From positions 189,534-240,444 of the forward strand of contig NMRA01000239.1 of assembly GCA_002633005.1 (NCBI GenBank): DNA of 50,911 nt, written 5' to 3'. Every line of letters begins with the position of its first letter. The first letter of the stretch is position 1. Source of the stretch: Phoronis australis. Taxonomy: Eukaryota; Animalia; Phoronida. The notes below the pieces were generated by a model. The model worked only from the letters and a program-made list of their open reading frames with translations. It was not told the origin of the DNA and ran no database searches. Made by a program: the position numbers and the translations under genes. Positions 1 through 12,010 of this stretch are shown piece by piece.

Positions 1-203
1 GGGTAATGCGTCGTTGGAATCATGGACACCCTGGAATATTGGGAACCCATTTTGGACACCCTATGTTCGAAATCCTGGATGAAGCCCTGGATCGAGGTAA
101 CGACCACTGGAGATTTCGACCTAGATTTTGCAATTTTGACTTGGGAAATCTAGCGAGTCAAAACAAAAATTAATTTGATCTAAAATCAAACTCAGCCAAC
201 CAG

Positions 204-347
204 GCCTCCATTTCATGAAAGTATTTCGTCTTAACATAGATCGAAATAACAATGCAGTCATTCCATCACATCACGCTTGTTGAACAACTCTGCTGATGTC
301 ATGCCAACACTCAAACTTGAGGCTTAAACTTTCATGAAACGGATCCC
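204..347. mobile_element. Short MITE, Harbinger-like
   Basis: Imperfect TIRs (gcctccatttcatgaaag / ctttcatgaaacggatcc) flanked by cag and ctg. Confidence 0.55.
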
Positions 348-611
348 TGGATTCTGAGTAATTCGACCTGGGAAATGTGACCAGCTTACCGTTCTGTCAT
401 GGTGTAGCCTTCAAGCTGCATATAACCTTGTGCTGACTAATGAGTACAAGTTGTGTAAGACTCAATGTGGAAAACAACTCTGAAACAATGCATGCATCAT
501 TCAGTTAGCACAGAACCTTGCTGCGTTTGTCTGGACAGCCACGGGTGATATGAAGGAGAAACAGGGCTTTCTTTTGATGAATTGCACCTGAAACATTTTA
601 TATTTTTTCAG

Positions 612-648
612 CTGCATCGCTGCAAAACTCAAGGAAACGCCAAGAGTA
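612..648 (+). CDS. ERCC6L: Possible small upstream exon of ERCC6L (ASLQNSRKRQE)
   Basis: ttttttcag acceptor and gtaagc donor; open frame, phase-compatible with exon 1142; no recognisable conserved motif. Confidence 0.35.
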
Positions 649-1141
649 GTAAGCAGCTATTTTGAGTGTTAGTGTTGAATAGGACAAATTACGAGATCAC
701 TGTTGGGAGGATGTTTGCTTAAATCCGAATTCCTGTTTGATCGCCTCTCAAATAAGAAATTCACTCAGAAATTGAATCTTAAGATAATAAAACTGACAAT
801 AATCCAGATGAATTGCCTGTAGTGGTAACTTTGGGAACTGCTTTTTTACTTGGATTCCCTTGCTTTGTCCTGAAATTATGAATTTTGACCTGGAATTTTT
901 GGAAATTGAAATTGTTGACTGAGAATGTTGGTGAATGTTTCTCTCTGCCTGTTTATTTGTGTACTTCTGGTGTGACAACAGTTTAGTGGTCGAGAGGTTT
1001 ATTGTTTGTTTTCATTAGTGGAACATGCAGAATGTTACCCAAGGCATAATCAGTTGGGGTCCACCTGTATCCAAAAAAATCTGTCACAACTGCATATATA
1101 TAATCTCAGCAACACTAATTATAACCTTGTTATATTTGTAG

Positions 1142-1247
1142 CATGCCAACTATGTCTCGAAAGAATGATTTCATCATTTGGGTCTACCTGTCAGAGACCC
1201 AGCAGAAGATCTACCAAGATTTTTTGTCACTTGATGAAGTGAAAGAA
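1142..1247 (+). CDS. ERCC6L: ERCC6L/PICH exon, SNF2 inter-lobe region (MPTMSRKNDFIIWVYLSETQQKIYQDFLSLDEVKE)
   Basis: ttgtag acceptor, gtaagt donor; resembles the PICH segment MPSLSRKNDLIIW as I recall it. Confidence 0.92.
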
Positions 1248-1628
1248 GTAAGTCAACCAAAGTTTGTTGTAGTTACGAGAAAGATGTGTGCAGCCATGTT
1301 CTTACTGGCAAACTATTTCTCATGTAAGAAGAATACTGAATAAATTTTAGTGCATAAAAGTTCCACTAAAATGATGCAGGGTTTACTGGTGAGCCATTGT
1401 TTGTTGCATATGGGCTTAGTCACGATTTCCCTGTAACAGATGTACATCAGTTTTGAATGGCTAAAACAGTTGAACTGTGTGGCAGTTAGCAGCTAAGTCT
1501 CAGTCCTTGTCGCAGCTTGCAGTGGAGTGCTGGGAATAATTTCCTAAGCGTGAGTTCAGAAATCAATAAATGAGTTTGATACTTTCCTGTATCAGCCTAC
1601 ACATAAGAGTTTGTGACGTCTTCTTCAG

Positions 1629-1747
1629 TTGCTTATGACCAACAAGTCTCCTCTAGTGGCTCTCAATGTACTCAAGAAGGTCTGCGATCACCCACGTCTG
1701 TTGTCCACTCATGCTTGTGCCCAGCTGGGCTTGGACGGAGAACATGG
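1629..1747 (+). CDS. ERCC6L: ERCC6L exon (LLMTNKSPLVALNVLKKVCDHPRLL...)
   Basis: ttcttcag acceptor, gtaggc donor; SNF2 LKKxCxHP motif; phases fit both neighbours; absent from the ORF track. Confidence 0.93.
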
Positions 1748-1953
1748 GTAGGCATGCTGTAGTTTCTTAACATCGTTGTCAACATAACTGTCTTCAACTT
1801 CGTCGTCTTAAGGCTACGTATACCCCTGTTTCACAAAAATAACAAAAAATTTCGATGGCAACTATGAAAAATCCTAATTGGATAATTTTGACTGTACACA
1901 TTTGATATACAGTTTGACGTCGCCCCGTTTAATCAATCTCTTAATTGTTCCAG

Positions 1954-2167
1954 GATGTCTGGCACGGACATCAATGATGCAGCGGTGCACTTAGCTGCCG
2001 CCACAAGGGTAAATGAGATACCCGACGAGACGTTGATCCGTGAGTCTGGCAAGATGGTCTTCCTAGTAGAATTGCTGGACAACCTGAAGGCTGAGGGCCA
2101 CCGCTGTTTGGTATTCTCTCAGTCACGCAAGATGCTGGACATTATTCAGAAAGTCATTGAAAACAGA
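1954..2167 (+). CDS. ERCC6L: ERCC6L exon, start of helicase-C ([11 protein letters not shown]...[17 protein letters not shown])
   Basis: ttccag acceptor, gtatgt donor; SNF2 motif IV. Confidence 0.95.
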
Positions 2168-2905
2168 GTATGTTTCTACGAGTGATTTTATGTTGCCACT
2201 GTTTGTGCATCTCACCACTGGCATAGTAATTGCTGTGCAAGAGATTTTTACAAGTTTTCTTTTTTAAAAGAATTTTTAAGTCTGGTAGATGGTCCTGCAA
2301 TTTTCCTATTGAATATTTCTTAAAATATGCTGACAAATTTCCTGAAGATGTTTTTTTCAATGAAATCTCAAGGTTCTTAAACACAGGACCTACATAGAGT
2401 TGTGTGGTGCAACATACCTAGTACATCAAGCTAATGCACTGCCTCGTGCTGTAACTATGCTGGCCTACATGGCAATATGCAAATATAATGCTCACGACAG
2501 TGTCTTGGCTGAGCTTTTATGTGTTTGTGTAAACACATTGAAGGAGAGGGAGTGACGTGGTTTATGGTTTTGCTCAAAATTTTTCATGAACTTATTGTTC
2601 AAAGGTAATTGATTTTGATTATGGATGCGATTCTCACTACAATAGACACTGTCTCCAACATTGCAATGATTTTTACTTATAACTGTTGATTTTTTCAATG
2701 AATATATTAGATTTACCCACAAAATTGAAATATATGCAAAGTTTTTCATATGTATGACTTTTCTGATCACAATAAAAACAGGGGTGGTCTACAGTTACCA
2801 TGGTGACCCACCATGATAAAGGTCTAGTGAGAGTACTCTTGAATTTTGTTGAATTAACTCAAAGGTACTTGTTATTCTTCCTGACCTTTGACCCTAAAAT
2901 TTCAG

Positions 2906-3068
2906 GGTCACAAGGTCATCCGACTGGATGGCACCATCACTCATCTGTATGAGCGAGAACAACGCATTAATAAGTTTCAGGCTGACAAGAGTTATTCAGT
3001 GTTTTTGTTGACAACGCAAGTGGGTGGGGTTGGGCTGACTCTGACAGCTGCTGACAGGGTGGTGATTT
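2906..3068 (+). CDS. ERCC6L: ERCC6L exon (RLDG...FLLTTQVGGVGLTLTAADRVVI, motif V)
   Basis: tttcag acceptor, gtaagt donor; LLTTQVGGVGLTLT is characteristic of ERCC6L/PICH. Confidence 0.95.
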
Positions 3069-3249
3069 GTAAGTATCAATTGTTCGTTGTCAGGCTTTCT
3101 AAGACAGTAGCTGACAGGTTGGTAATATAAGTACTAAGTGGGTGGGATCTGGCTGTCTATCGCAGCTGATGCTGGGTTGGGGATTTGCAAATATCAAGTG
3201 GGTGGGGTCAGGCTTCTATGACAGCTGCTGACAGGATGGTGCTAGTAGT
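3017..3249 (+). repeat. About four degenerate 60-bp tandem units derived from the end of ERCC6L exon 2906-3068
   Basis: caagtgggtgggg..gacagctgctgacagg..ggtg recurs at about 3017, 3077, 3135 and 3195. Confidence 0.8.
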
Positions 3250-3277
3250 TCGGGACTCAGGTCTGTGCTTGACCAGT

Positions 3278-3350
3278 GGTCCTGATGGATCAGTGGCTAG
3301 AACATCTGCATGGTAAGCAGAGGTACTGGGTTCAAGTCTCTGACGGGGGC
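3278..3350 (+). mobile_element. tRNA-derived SINE head or tRNA-Thr(GGT)-like pseudogene
   Basis: A box tggatcagtgg, stem-loop tctgc-atggtaa-gcaga, B box gggttcaagtc; acceptor stem is imperfect. Confidence 0.6.
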
Positions 3351-3634
3351 AGAAATCTTTTCGGACTTATACTCATTAGGTCACGTGATGTGACCAAAAA
3401 GATGGTGGATTGAACGGGATTAACTGCTTGCTTCATATTTATAGACCTCTAAGTGGTGAGTTACCGTTACTTCACAGAATGCTTATTGATTACTTTTTAT
3501 AAAGTGTTCAGTGCATTTTTTTAATTACTGAACTTTTGAGGAAGTCGTCACAATTGCTGCAAAAAGTTGCAAGATAACCAGGATTAGCAGTTTAGATTTT
3601 ATTTACTATAGATATTGTTACTATTTTATAATAA

Positions 3635-3886
<252 letters not shown>

Positions 3887-4781
3887 TAGAAACATGAAGC
3901 ATGCATAATTATGTTCCACCCTTAGAAGTTGATTGTAAAAAGCATATGAACATGTTAATCTTAAACTGGCATATGGCAACCTACAGTAAATTAAGATTCT
4001 GAAGTTATTCCATCATATGCATAGCCCACCAACTTATGGGTGATATTTCCCCAGAACTAAGACCAACTGATGAGCTAGCAATAACAAACTGACTACCTAC
4101 TGCTGGCAGGCACAAAACTCCTGACTGCATGGGCATTGGCAATGTTAACTTGTGTTTGGAAACATGTGCAGTAGAGAGTCCAGTTGTATGTTAGAAAAGG
4201 ATAGCGACCTTCTACCAAATACATTTAACGGATCCCTAAAATGTGTACATGTTTACATCAATACGCTATTATAATATAAAATGTAAATCTTGAACGGGCG
4301 TGGAAATATAAATTTCAAACATTTTTAAGTCTGGTCAGCATGCCACCTGTTGGCCACATCATGTGACCTAATACAAGTCTGAAAATAAGGTCCTGGGCTC
4401 GAGTCACTGCTTCAGACTGGTGGCGTGCAGACCAGACTTAAAATGTTTGCGGTAAAAAGACATGTTCTCTTGCCTGATCGATGTTACCAGATTATTTGCC
4501 ATATATGTACCTGCGTATGAAGTTGTGCCCTTAAATATTATATATGTATACGCCTTTGTAGGAAACACTTCGTAAAAGTTACAAAGCACAAAGTTTTGGA
4601 TGTAGGAACATGAGCTCATAAGGATCCTAATTTGCACTATTGATATTATTACTCACCTGAAGGCAATAGTGAATATCGCAAATTATAAGGATTCATGACA
4701 AACGGGCACAATCTGAGATGGACTAACAAATGAACAAATGTGCTGTCTGGGTATAAATGTTGTGTAATCCCATATTCATAG

Positions 4782-4930
4782 GTACTTCACCAAGCAGGAC
4801 TTACATGAACTGTTTACCCTGGACAACCCGCGTCGCTCAAAGACCCAAGAACAGCTGCAGGCTATGCACAGCCACCAGCGTACCTCCGACACTAAACTGG
4901 ATGGACACATAGCCTTCTTACATAGCTTAG
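4782..4930 (+). CDS. ERCC6L: ERCC6L exon, PICH-family domain (YFTKQDLHELFTL...HIAFLHSL)
   Basis: ttcatag acceptor, gtaatg donor; continues KNPFR|YF in phase; absent from the ORF track. Confidence 0.92.
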
Positions 4931-5139
4931 GTAATGCTGTCAGTAGAAGTCAATCAACAGTTATTAAAAGAACAGAGACCTTCTCACTAACAGCAGTCGA
5001 TTTAATAAACACAGTTCGTTTCTGACAAACGTTGAATTTTCATGCTCTGAAATCAAACCAGTTACAGCACACAGACATTTTTTTATTCATCATACCAAGA
5101 ACCTGCTTTACTCAAGCTGTGATTCATGAGACAAAAATT

Positions 5140-5270
5140 ATGTTCATAAGACTGGGCTTGTAGTATGTTCATGAGAGTGGGATTGTAGTGTGTTATTAAG
5201 CAGGGGATTGTAGTGTGTTGAAGAGCAGGTGATTGTGGTGTGTTCATAAGAATGGGAGCTTGCAGCGTGT
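5140..5270 (+). repeat. Degenerate 25-bp minisatellite (tgtagtgtgttcataagagtgggat-like), about 5 units
   Basis: Visible periodicity in the intron. Confidence 0.6.
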
Positions 5271-5413
5271 ATGTGGCTGGGAGAAAGGTGCGCTGTTGGC
5301 AATGTAGGAAGGTGGCTTACATCTGGTGAAACTGAAAGTTTTGACATAATGTTCAAAGTACATGCGTACATAGAAAAGGACTTGTTCAAACAAATCTCAT
5401 TTTGTGATTTCAG

Positions 5414-5517
5414 AGATGTTTGGGATCAGTGACCATGACTTGATGTTCAGTCAAGAGGCAGCCCATGAAACACATGATGTTGATCATGACGCAGCTGAAG
5501 ACTACATACAGTCCAGA
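5414..5517 (+). CDS. ERCC6L: ERCC6L exon (EMFGISDHDLMFS...YIQSR)
   Basis: tttcag acceptor, gtaagt donor; GISDHDLM motif of PICH. Confidence 0.92.
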
Positions 5518-5657
5518 GTAAGTGACAACTATGGTGGTGGCACGTCTGGACGACTAATCTTCGCGAGATTCCTAAGTTTTATCTCCAGTCATAAACTTTG
5601 CGTCCTCCTAAGGCTACGCTTTTAAACATATTGAAGATTATATTGCTTCCTTTCCAG

Positions 5658-5793
5658 GTGCAGAAAGCTCAACACTTAATACACCTGGAGTCAACAGGTC
5701 AGACCACCTCACAGGTGAACGTCGGGAACGTACCTGTTGTCCCTGTGTTCAAGCCAGTACCTGATGCAAAGAGGCATCCTACCCGACCACCAG
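5658..5793 (+). CDS. ERCC6L: ERCC6L exon (VQKAQHLIHLES...)
   Basis: tttccag acceptor, gtactg donor; RVQKAQ motif spans the junction. Confidence 0.85.
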
Positions 5794-5899
5794 GTACTGT
5801 TGGGGCGTTATCTTTTATGTCTAATTGCTGCTGCTCGCAGATGTTGAGGAAAAACAATTTTGCCACTGATGATTCTGATAGATTAGTTGTGTATTAATT

Positions 5900-5994
5900 T
5901 GGGATTGTGTAATAATTGAATCCTGGGATTGTGTAATAATTGAATCCTGGGATTGTGTTATAATTGAATCCTGGGATTGTGTTATAATTGAATC
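5900..5994 (+). repeat. 24-bp tandem repeat x4 (gggattgtgtaataattgaatcct)
   Basis: Near-perfect direct copies. Confidence 0.9.
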
Positions 5995-6000
5995 ATTCTG

Positions 6001-6663
6001 TGGTCTGTTTCATGAAAAGTTGACTCAAGACGGAAATTTGGTCTTGCGCTTCAAAAAGTATTTCTGAAAAATAATTAAATCTCACATGCGCAAAAAGTGC
6101 AATGTCTCTGAGAATAAGCACATAACTGCGCGGTATGTAGATAATCTGTATACATTATTTCTAGACTGTGATGCACTCATAATTACTTGGCTTAACCTTT
6201 ATTCATCAGTGATAGTGTACAAAATTTCTGAAAAAAGTGGAACTTGCAGGCTAATTCCTTATCTCTGGGATTGCTTGGCCAAATTAGTTAGAAACTCAAC
6301 ATATAGCGATGATTTGAATATGAAGTAGATTGAAAATTGCCAAATGGTTTAAGAATTTTGCAGTGAAAATGATCCACCGCAAATCTCTGAACTGTGTCCA
6401 GTAAATATCGTGATGTGGTGTTGGGGAATAACACTGCATGATGAGGGCTGTGAGCCCGCGAAGTACGTCATTAGTGCAAAGGTCACTTATAGGCAGAATT
6501 TTTGTTTTCACATTTACAAGTTGTCAATGAATACAAATGCACTTTGGTTAGCACAGATTATGTTCAAATAGCATTGTTGTTTGGTTCTTGCTATACATTA
6601 GCATAGTTAGGAGTATGCAAGTACAACTTTAAGCCTTAAGTCACTTTGATAAAATGGACCCCT
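6001..6663 (+). mobile_element. About 660-bp non-autonomous DNA transposon (Harbinger-like TIRs)
   Basis: Ends ggtctgtttcatgaaaagttgactcaag and cttaagtcactttgataaaatggacccc; body matches 32300-33020 in reverse complement. Confidence 0.75.
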
Positions 6664-6814
6664 AGATTCTTGTATAAAAAAAAAACAGCAAGAAATTTAT
6701 ACATCAATGTTGGTTGCTTCTTTGGTCAATTTACATAATATTGAATTGCCTTTATTCATTTTACCGTGACTTTGCATAAAAGATAATTTATTCAACATCT
6801 TTTTTTCGCTCCAG

Positions 6815-7011
6815 GTGGTTTCAAGGAGCTCATCAAACCCTCACCCCATGTTGACCTTACCAATAGGGTGACAGGTGATGAGGTCAAGAGGGTGGAGCCA
6901 GAAGTCATCGACCTCACTAACTTGCATGTTGAAGACAAGGTCAAGGAACAAGAGGAGGACCTGAATAATACACTGGCCAACCTGACTCTAGAAGATGAAG
7001 AAACTCCAGAG
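6815..7011 (+). CDS. ERCC6L: ERCC6L exon, disordered region with SIM-like motifs (HVDLT, EVIDLT)
   Basis: ttttcgctccag acceptor, gtagcc donor; open frame, phase 1 to 0. Confidence 0.8.
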
Positions 7012-7215
7012 GTAGCCCTGGGGGTAGTAGCTAGGTAGACTAGTACCTGGGAACTAGAAGGCGGGAATCTATTACGATTGGTTGTAAAAATGAGGTTGAG
7101 TAACTTAGCATCAAAGGGTGGGCCTCCCAACAAAGGCAATGGTTGGGTCCCTTCATCGCTGTCGTCCAATTCTCTTAATTCTATGTTTATGTCTGCTCAG
7201 TAACTCCAAAATATT

Positions 7216-7420
7216 TATAAGCTCACACTATGTGTATACTGTGCTGGTGCTAGTTTGCAGTAAGTACTCAGGACTGATACACACCTTTTCCTACAGACAG
7301 TACAGTTGATGCCACTAGGTAGCAGCACCTGTATAAGCTCACAGTCTATGTATACTGTGCCGGTGCTAGTTTGCAGTAAATACTCAGCACTGATACATAC
7401 CTTATCCTACACACAGTACA
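7216..7420 (+). repeat. Two-copy direct duplication (about 88 bp shared, period about 116 bp)
   Basis: tataagctcaca..gtatactgtgc.ggtgctagtttgcagtaa.tactcag.actgatac..acagtaca occurs twice. Confidence 0.8.
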
Positions 7421-8198
7421 CTTATCTTCATGTTATACTCCTCATAGCGTACTTACAAAAATTCATCATACTACAGAGTATTACACAATAAGAATCAATT
7501 TGTGTTTTACGTAATATCCTCTACAGCCTTATTTTAAATGCAAAAGTAACGACACCTATTAGGCTAGTCTAATCACGTGACGTTTCAGGTAAGGAAGTTA
7601 TACAGTCAAGAACTTGTCTGACCGTATTTTCGACTTGCACTGAACTGATTGTGTACGGGAGGTCAGAACGAGGCTAGCTTGGGGAAGTGGAGATTTGAAG
7701 GTGTATTCTTTGCAGCGCAGAATTTAAGTAAACTATTGATTTGAGGGAGATACACTTCATTAGTTGACGCCAGAGTTGGAAACATTCAAGTTACATTTAG
7801 TAAGGCAACAATGTTGCAGAAAAATAAGTTATGAGTGCCTAAAATTTGGATTGTTTCTGAAACTAGAGTATTGTGTCTGTAACAGACCCAGATGGAAATT
7901 AATCTGTTTTGCTTAACAATAGTGTATATAGATAATTGAAGTGTTTGGCAGACCTATTTTAAATTATCTCCAGGAGATTACTTTGACAATTAAAATCTGT
8001 TGTATCGGTGAACTCTTTTATTTTGCTTCAGCTGGAAACCATTTTGATATTTAGTTCATTCTAAGAACGGAAAGCAAGGTAGCCCAGATGTTTAGTTGCA
8101 GTGAATATTGGTAAAAGGTTTTGATTCTACAGTTATTAGGGTGAAGTGTAACTATGTAACCTAACTCCCATGATAAAAGAATTGTCTTTCATCTGTAG

Positions 8199-9183
8199 TG
8201 TAAAGCTGAGGATCTTGGCTCACCACAGAATCCCATCATAATCAAGAGCGAGCCGTCGACGCCAGCCAAACAGTCTGCCATGCCAACCAAAACATCACCG
8301 CTACCAGTTGAACCCCCCACCACACCAAGCACAGTCATATCCACTGCTACACCATCCAAAACATCAATCACACCAGGCAAGCTTTCAACACCGGCCAGAC
8401 CCATTCGGACGATTGAAGAGGAACTGATTATCTCCCCTGATGCCAAATATCCCATCATCAATACTTCTCGTGTCCATGAACTCCAATCAAAGAGAATTGC
8501 CCACTCTCCATGTGTTAACCCCGACATCAAGAAACATAAAAGCATCCTTTATCTGAGTCCCGCGTCTCTTGGCAAGCCAATCCTGACCAGCGTCTCCGAA
8601 CTGCAGCAGGTGACAAAAGAATCGACCTCGTCAAACCTTGATGGAAGTATTAACCTGCCGTATCATGCATTTGTTGACAGTGTTCAGGAGCGGCCAAACT
8701 CAACCGTGTTACCTGGGCCCGGTGCGATCACGCCCGTATTTGTGTGCGAAACTCCAGATCTTCTGTCCGCGTCAAACTCGCCGTGCGTTGCTGAATCTCC
8801 ATCGAACGATCGTGTCTCTGGCATCGATGACAACCTTGACAACGGCAGTGATGACGTTGTTGTCTGTGAGTCGGACGTTGATGATGATGATGGTGGTGAT
8901 GAGGATGATGACACCCCAAAAGAAGACAGTATCAACAAAAGCATCACAATCCACGTTCCCAATAGTGATGGAGAAGACAATGAGTCGGATACCCAACCTG
9001 ATGACACGGACTTCAATACTGTGCTCGCTCAATCTGTTGGAGATAACGTAGGGAATGCTGACGCTCAGGGAAGCAGTCCAACAGCAAGTGAAGTGAATCA
9101 TGATAACGAGACAAGGGAAGTGTCTCCCTCTGTTGGTGACGACTCATTTCACAGTGCTATGGGAGAAGAGGAGCAGGCTAAAG
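8199..9183 (+). CDS. ERCC6L: ERCC6L large disordered exon (S/T/P-rich, then acidic)
   Basis: ctgtag acceptor, gtacgg donor; 985-nt open frame, same frame as ORF 8280..9278. Confidence 0.85.
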
Positions 9184-9577
9184 GTACGGGTACACATGTT
9201 GAGAGCATCAAAGCCTCTGTTTTAAGACTTCAGTACAACACTGAAGTAATAGGACTAAATACGGCTTTACTGTCATGATGGCTAATTCTGTTATCTAAAA
9301 AAATGTACGTACTGTCATGGATGAAAAATTGTAATTAGTCTGGCTTAGCCACCTCGCTGACTTTGCTGTTGATTTCCGCTTCCGCCCAGCCATCATGACA
9401 AAGAATTCTTCATCATTTTGCTGCGTACTTTACACCTGGATAACTGTTAATAGAGTTCCATTACAATGTTGACCTCAACTTGCAACAAATTATACAGTTG
9501 TGATAAGAAGGTGTTTTTTAAAAGCTAAACACGTTTTCCTATTAAAAAGTGACCGGCGTATTACTTTCCTGTTTCAG

Positions 9578-9730
9578 AAGTGATTGAGGCAGAGAGTGGC
9601 GCCAGTGAGGGGGAAGCAAAGAGTGATGACCTGAATATGTCGGGTGACGCGTCCGAGTATGATGATGATGATGATGATGATGACGAAGATCGAGATCTGA
9701 GTGACTTTGTTGTTCCAGACGATGATGAAG
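9578..9730 (+). CDS. ERCC6L: ERCC6L acidic exon (poly-D, DLSDFVVPDDDE)
   Basis: tttcag acceptor, gtatga donor; phase 1-1. Confidence 0.85.
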
Positions 9731-10230
9731 GTATGATCAAGCTTCTGAAAGTCGCTGTAACAATCCTTTATAAGAATTGAATCTTTCGTGATTCTGTGTT
9801 TGAACGGTCATGTCTGACAATTATTGTATAAATCCTTTGAAACCCTTATTGTGTTTATTTTGAGAGAGGTTAAAGCAAAACACTATTTTGATTTTTGCCT
9901 TGTTACCACTAACATGAACAATGGATCAATTTTGCCAAATTGATCCATTGTTCATGTTAATGGTTTATGTTCAAAGGTTTAAAATAGTCCCGCATTATGC
10001 AGTCTGAAGATGGTAGTTCCCACACGTGCTGGTTTCTGTTCGACCCATTTGCCAACCAACATTTGCATTGACCTACCTAACCCTCTTATGGTAGTTCTGG
10101 CCAAATATTTTGCTGTAAAAGCGATCTTGGTTTTTCATTGACTACAATCTTATGTCTTTTATTGTTTTTTTTTTCTCTTTTCATAAACCATACACATAAT
10201 GAGTGCATATTGCCATCATCTCGGCAATGA

Positions 10231-10329
10231 TCTGATATAATGTGCCCGTATTTTGAGAACCAGTTTGATGCCCATTGTTCAGTGGAGAAAAGTACTGTTT
10301 CTCAAAATTTGGGCACGTTATATCAGACC
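10231..10329. mobile_element. About 100-bp palindromic MITE; second copy at about 14519-14618
   Basis: tctgatataatgtgccc..ttttgagaaccag / gtttctcaaaatttgggcacgttatatcaga; an inverted relative lies at 14519-14618. Confidence 0.7.
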
Positions 10330-10339
10330 GTTAACATCA

Positions 10340-10980
10340 TCTCTGTCTGGGCATCCAGCGTCCGCTGCTGTATCTCCTAAAACTCAATGAGATTTGAAAG
10401 ATGTGTTCCCATGGAGCTGTTCGTTTTTATGCTTTCTTCTGTTTCATGGTAATTTTCTTCTTGGTGGATTTTCAGGAAATGCGGCAAATAGGTTTCTATT
10501 AAGGAGACAGCATCACCTTCCCACTTTTGGATACATTCAGCGTATTCTGCACCATCTAGTGGTCATTTTATTGTTTCGGTCTGCCTCTCTAGCTGTCAAA
10601 CTGCTTGAAGCATCGTTATGGAAATTGACAGATGTGTTCCTGCAGAACAGACATCAGAAGACGTTTATTTTTGGATGAGCACGACTAACTATTGTAGTTG
10701 CACCCTCTACTAGCAACTTCGTTTTTGTCTCTTTGGCAGTATCTCCTCAACCCCTTGCAGGATTTTTGTGAAATTTAGCAAGTGTATTCCCATATGAGCA
10801 TGGAAACAGATGACAATTAATTTCAGACAAATCCGACTACCACAGTGCATCCTATTGGCATTTACATTTTTCACGTTTGCCTCCGCATCTTTGGAGATCA
10901 TGAATGAATTTTCGTGAAATTTGGCAAATAGGTTTCTATTATTGATATGGCGAGGACCAAAAGGCAGTGTCTATGATAAT
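10340..10980 (-). mobile_element. Subrepeat-containing interspersed element (HINE/Pearl-like), related to 23170-24300
   Basis: Reverse complement shares the gctaaatttca..aatcc..aggg..gagata and aaaatgaccactag.tggtgcagaatac blocks with 23170-24300. Confidence 0.6.
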
Positions 10981-11101
10981 AAACACTCGTAGAAACATAC
11001 CATGTGCAGTGCAGTTGTGGACACATTTCCATGCTGTCTGCTGCTCTTGTTTCATAATTATCGCCATAAATTTCATACACATATCAATAAATTCCTGTTA
11101 G

Positions 11102-11243
11102 GTGAAGAAAGTGGGTCTGCAGAGTCAAGTAGTGAGGGGAGTCAAGTGGGTGATGAAGAAAGTGGGTCAGATGGAGAGAGTGAAGAGGACGAGTTGTCTG
11201 CTCAACAGAGGGAGCAGTTTGAACTACATAGGGAGACGGCTAG
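11102..11243 (+). CDS. ERCC6L: ERCC6L exon (acidic stretch into start of TPR helix)
   Basis: cctgttag acceptor, gtaagc donor; phase 1 to 2. Confidence 0.85.
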
Positions 11244-11883
11244 GTAAGCAGCACTCTGTAGCACACTATCTGTCTATGTGCAGCACTACTAATAAGGTAA
11301 TGCTCCACTTATTGCGCACAAAATTTGTCCAATTTCCCATTTTTCAAAGCCTGCCAGTGGTTAGGTTTCTGAAAATAATGGAAAATTTACCAAAAGTTGT
11401 TTTATGACATTTACAGAGTACAAACCTTGCAGGTAATAGACTAAAAAATTCTTGATTTTGACTTTTGTGGACAAATTTGACAAAATGGAATTCCACTTGT
11501 CGGCCATATTTTGTACTAAACAAGTGAAGAATTACCATACCATGTTTTGACAAGTAACCACATTGCTGCTGCCCTCGACCTTACTTTATAGCACAAATAA
11601 TAATTCGTCATGTTTGACTAAAAATGGTGCTCACAACCACTTTAATTAATTTATACTAAACCGTAAGTGTTCACAAGGCTTTGAGTTTTCCTCTTTTAAG
11701 GGAATTTTTTCATCATTATTTTGACTTTATTCATGCAAAAAAACGTTTCTTGCTGTTAAGTTTTACAACAGAAGAAATATTTGTACAACGCATGCCTATG
11801 TAGAATGATAAATCAACTAGAAAATTTTCCTCTTTTTTCGTTGGTCATTCCAAGCCTTGTTTACCTATGTTTTGTCCTTTCAG

Positions 11884-12010
11884 AACGCACTACAAACAAA
11901 AGGATTACAGGAGTGCTCTGCTTCACTTGTTGAAGGCCATCAAGATATATCCAGAGGAACACCTGCAGATCATGGCACTCAAGATAAAACAAAAGCTTGG
12001 GGAACAGTGA
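11884..12010 (+). CDS. ERCC6L: ERCC6L last coding exon, C-terminal TPR (HYKQKDYRSALLHLLKAIKIYPEE...GEQ*)
   Basis: ctttcag acceptor; TPR-like pattern as in the PICH C-terminus; TGA at 12008-12010. Confidence 0.88.

Noticed and set aside
3278-3350. Functional tRNA-Thr gene
   Set aside because: Acceptor and T stems pair poorly, and a GGT anticodon is atypical for eukaryotic tRNA-Thr; treated as a SINE head or pseudogene.
5900-5994. CRISPR-like 24-bp repeats
   Set aside because: Head-to-tail minisatellite with no spacers.
8189-9101. Overlapping and antisense ORFs (118, 137, 110, 63 and 109 aa, including a poly-His frame)
   Set aside because: Shadow frames of the low-complexity acidic ERCC6L exon.
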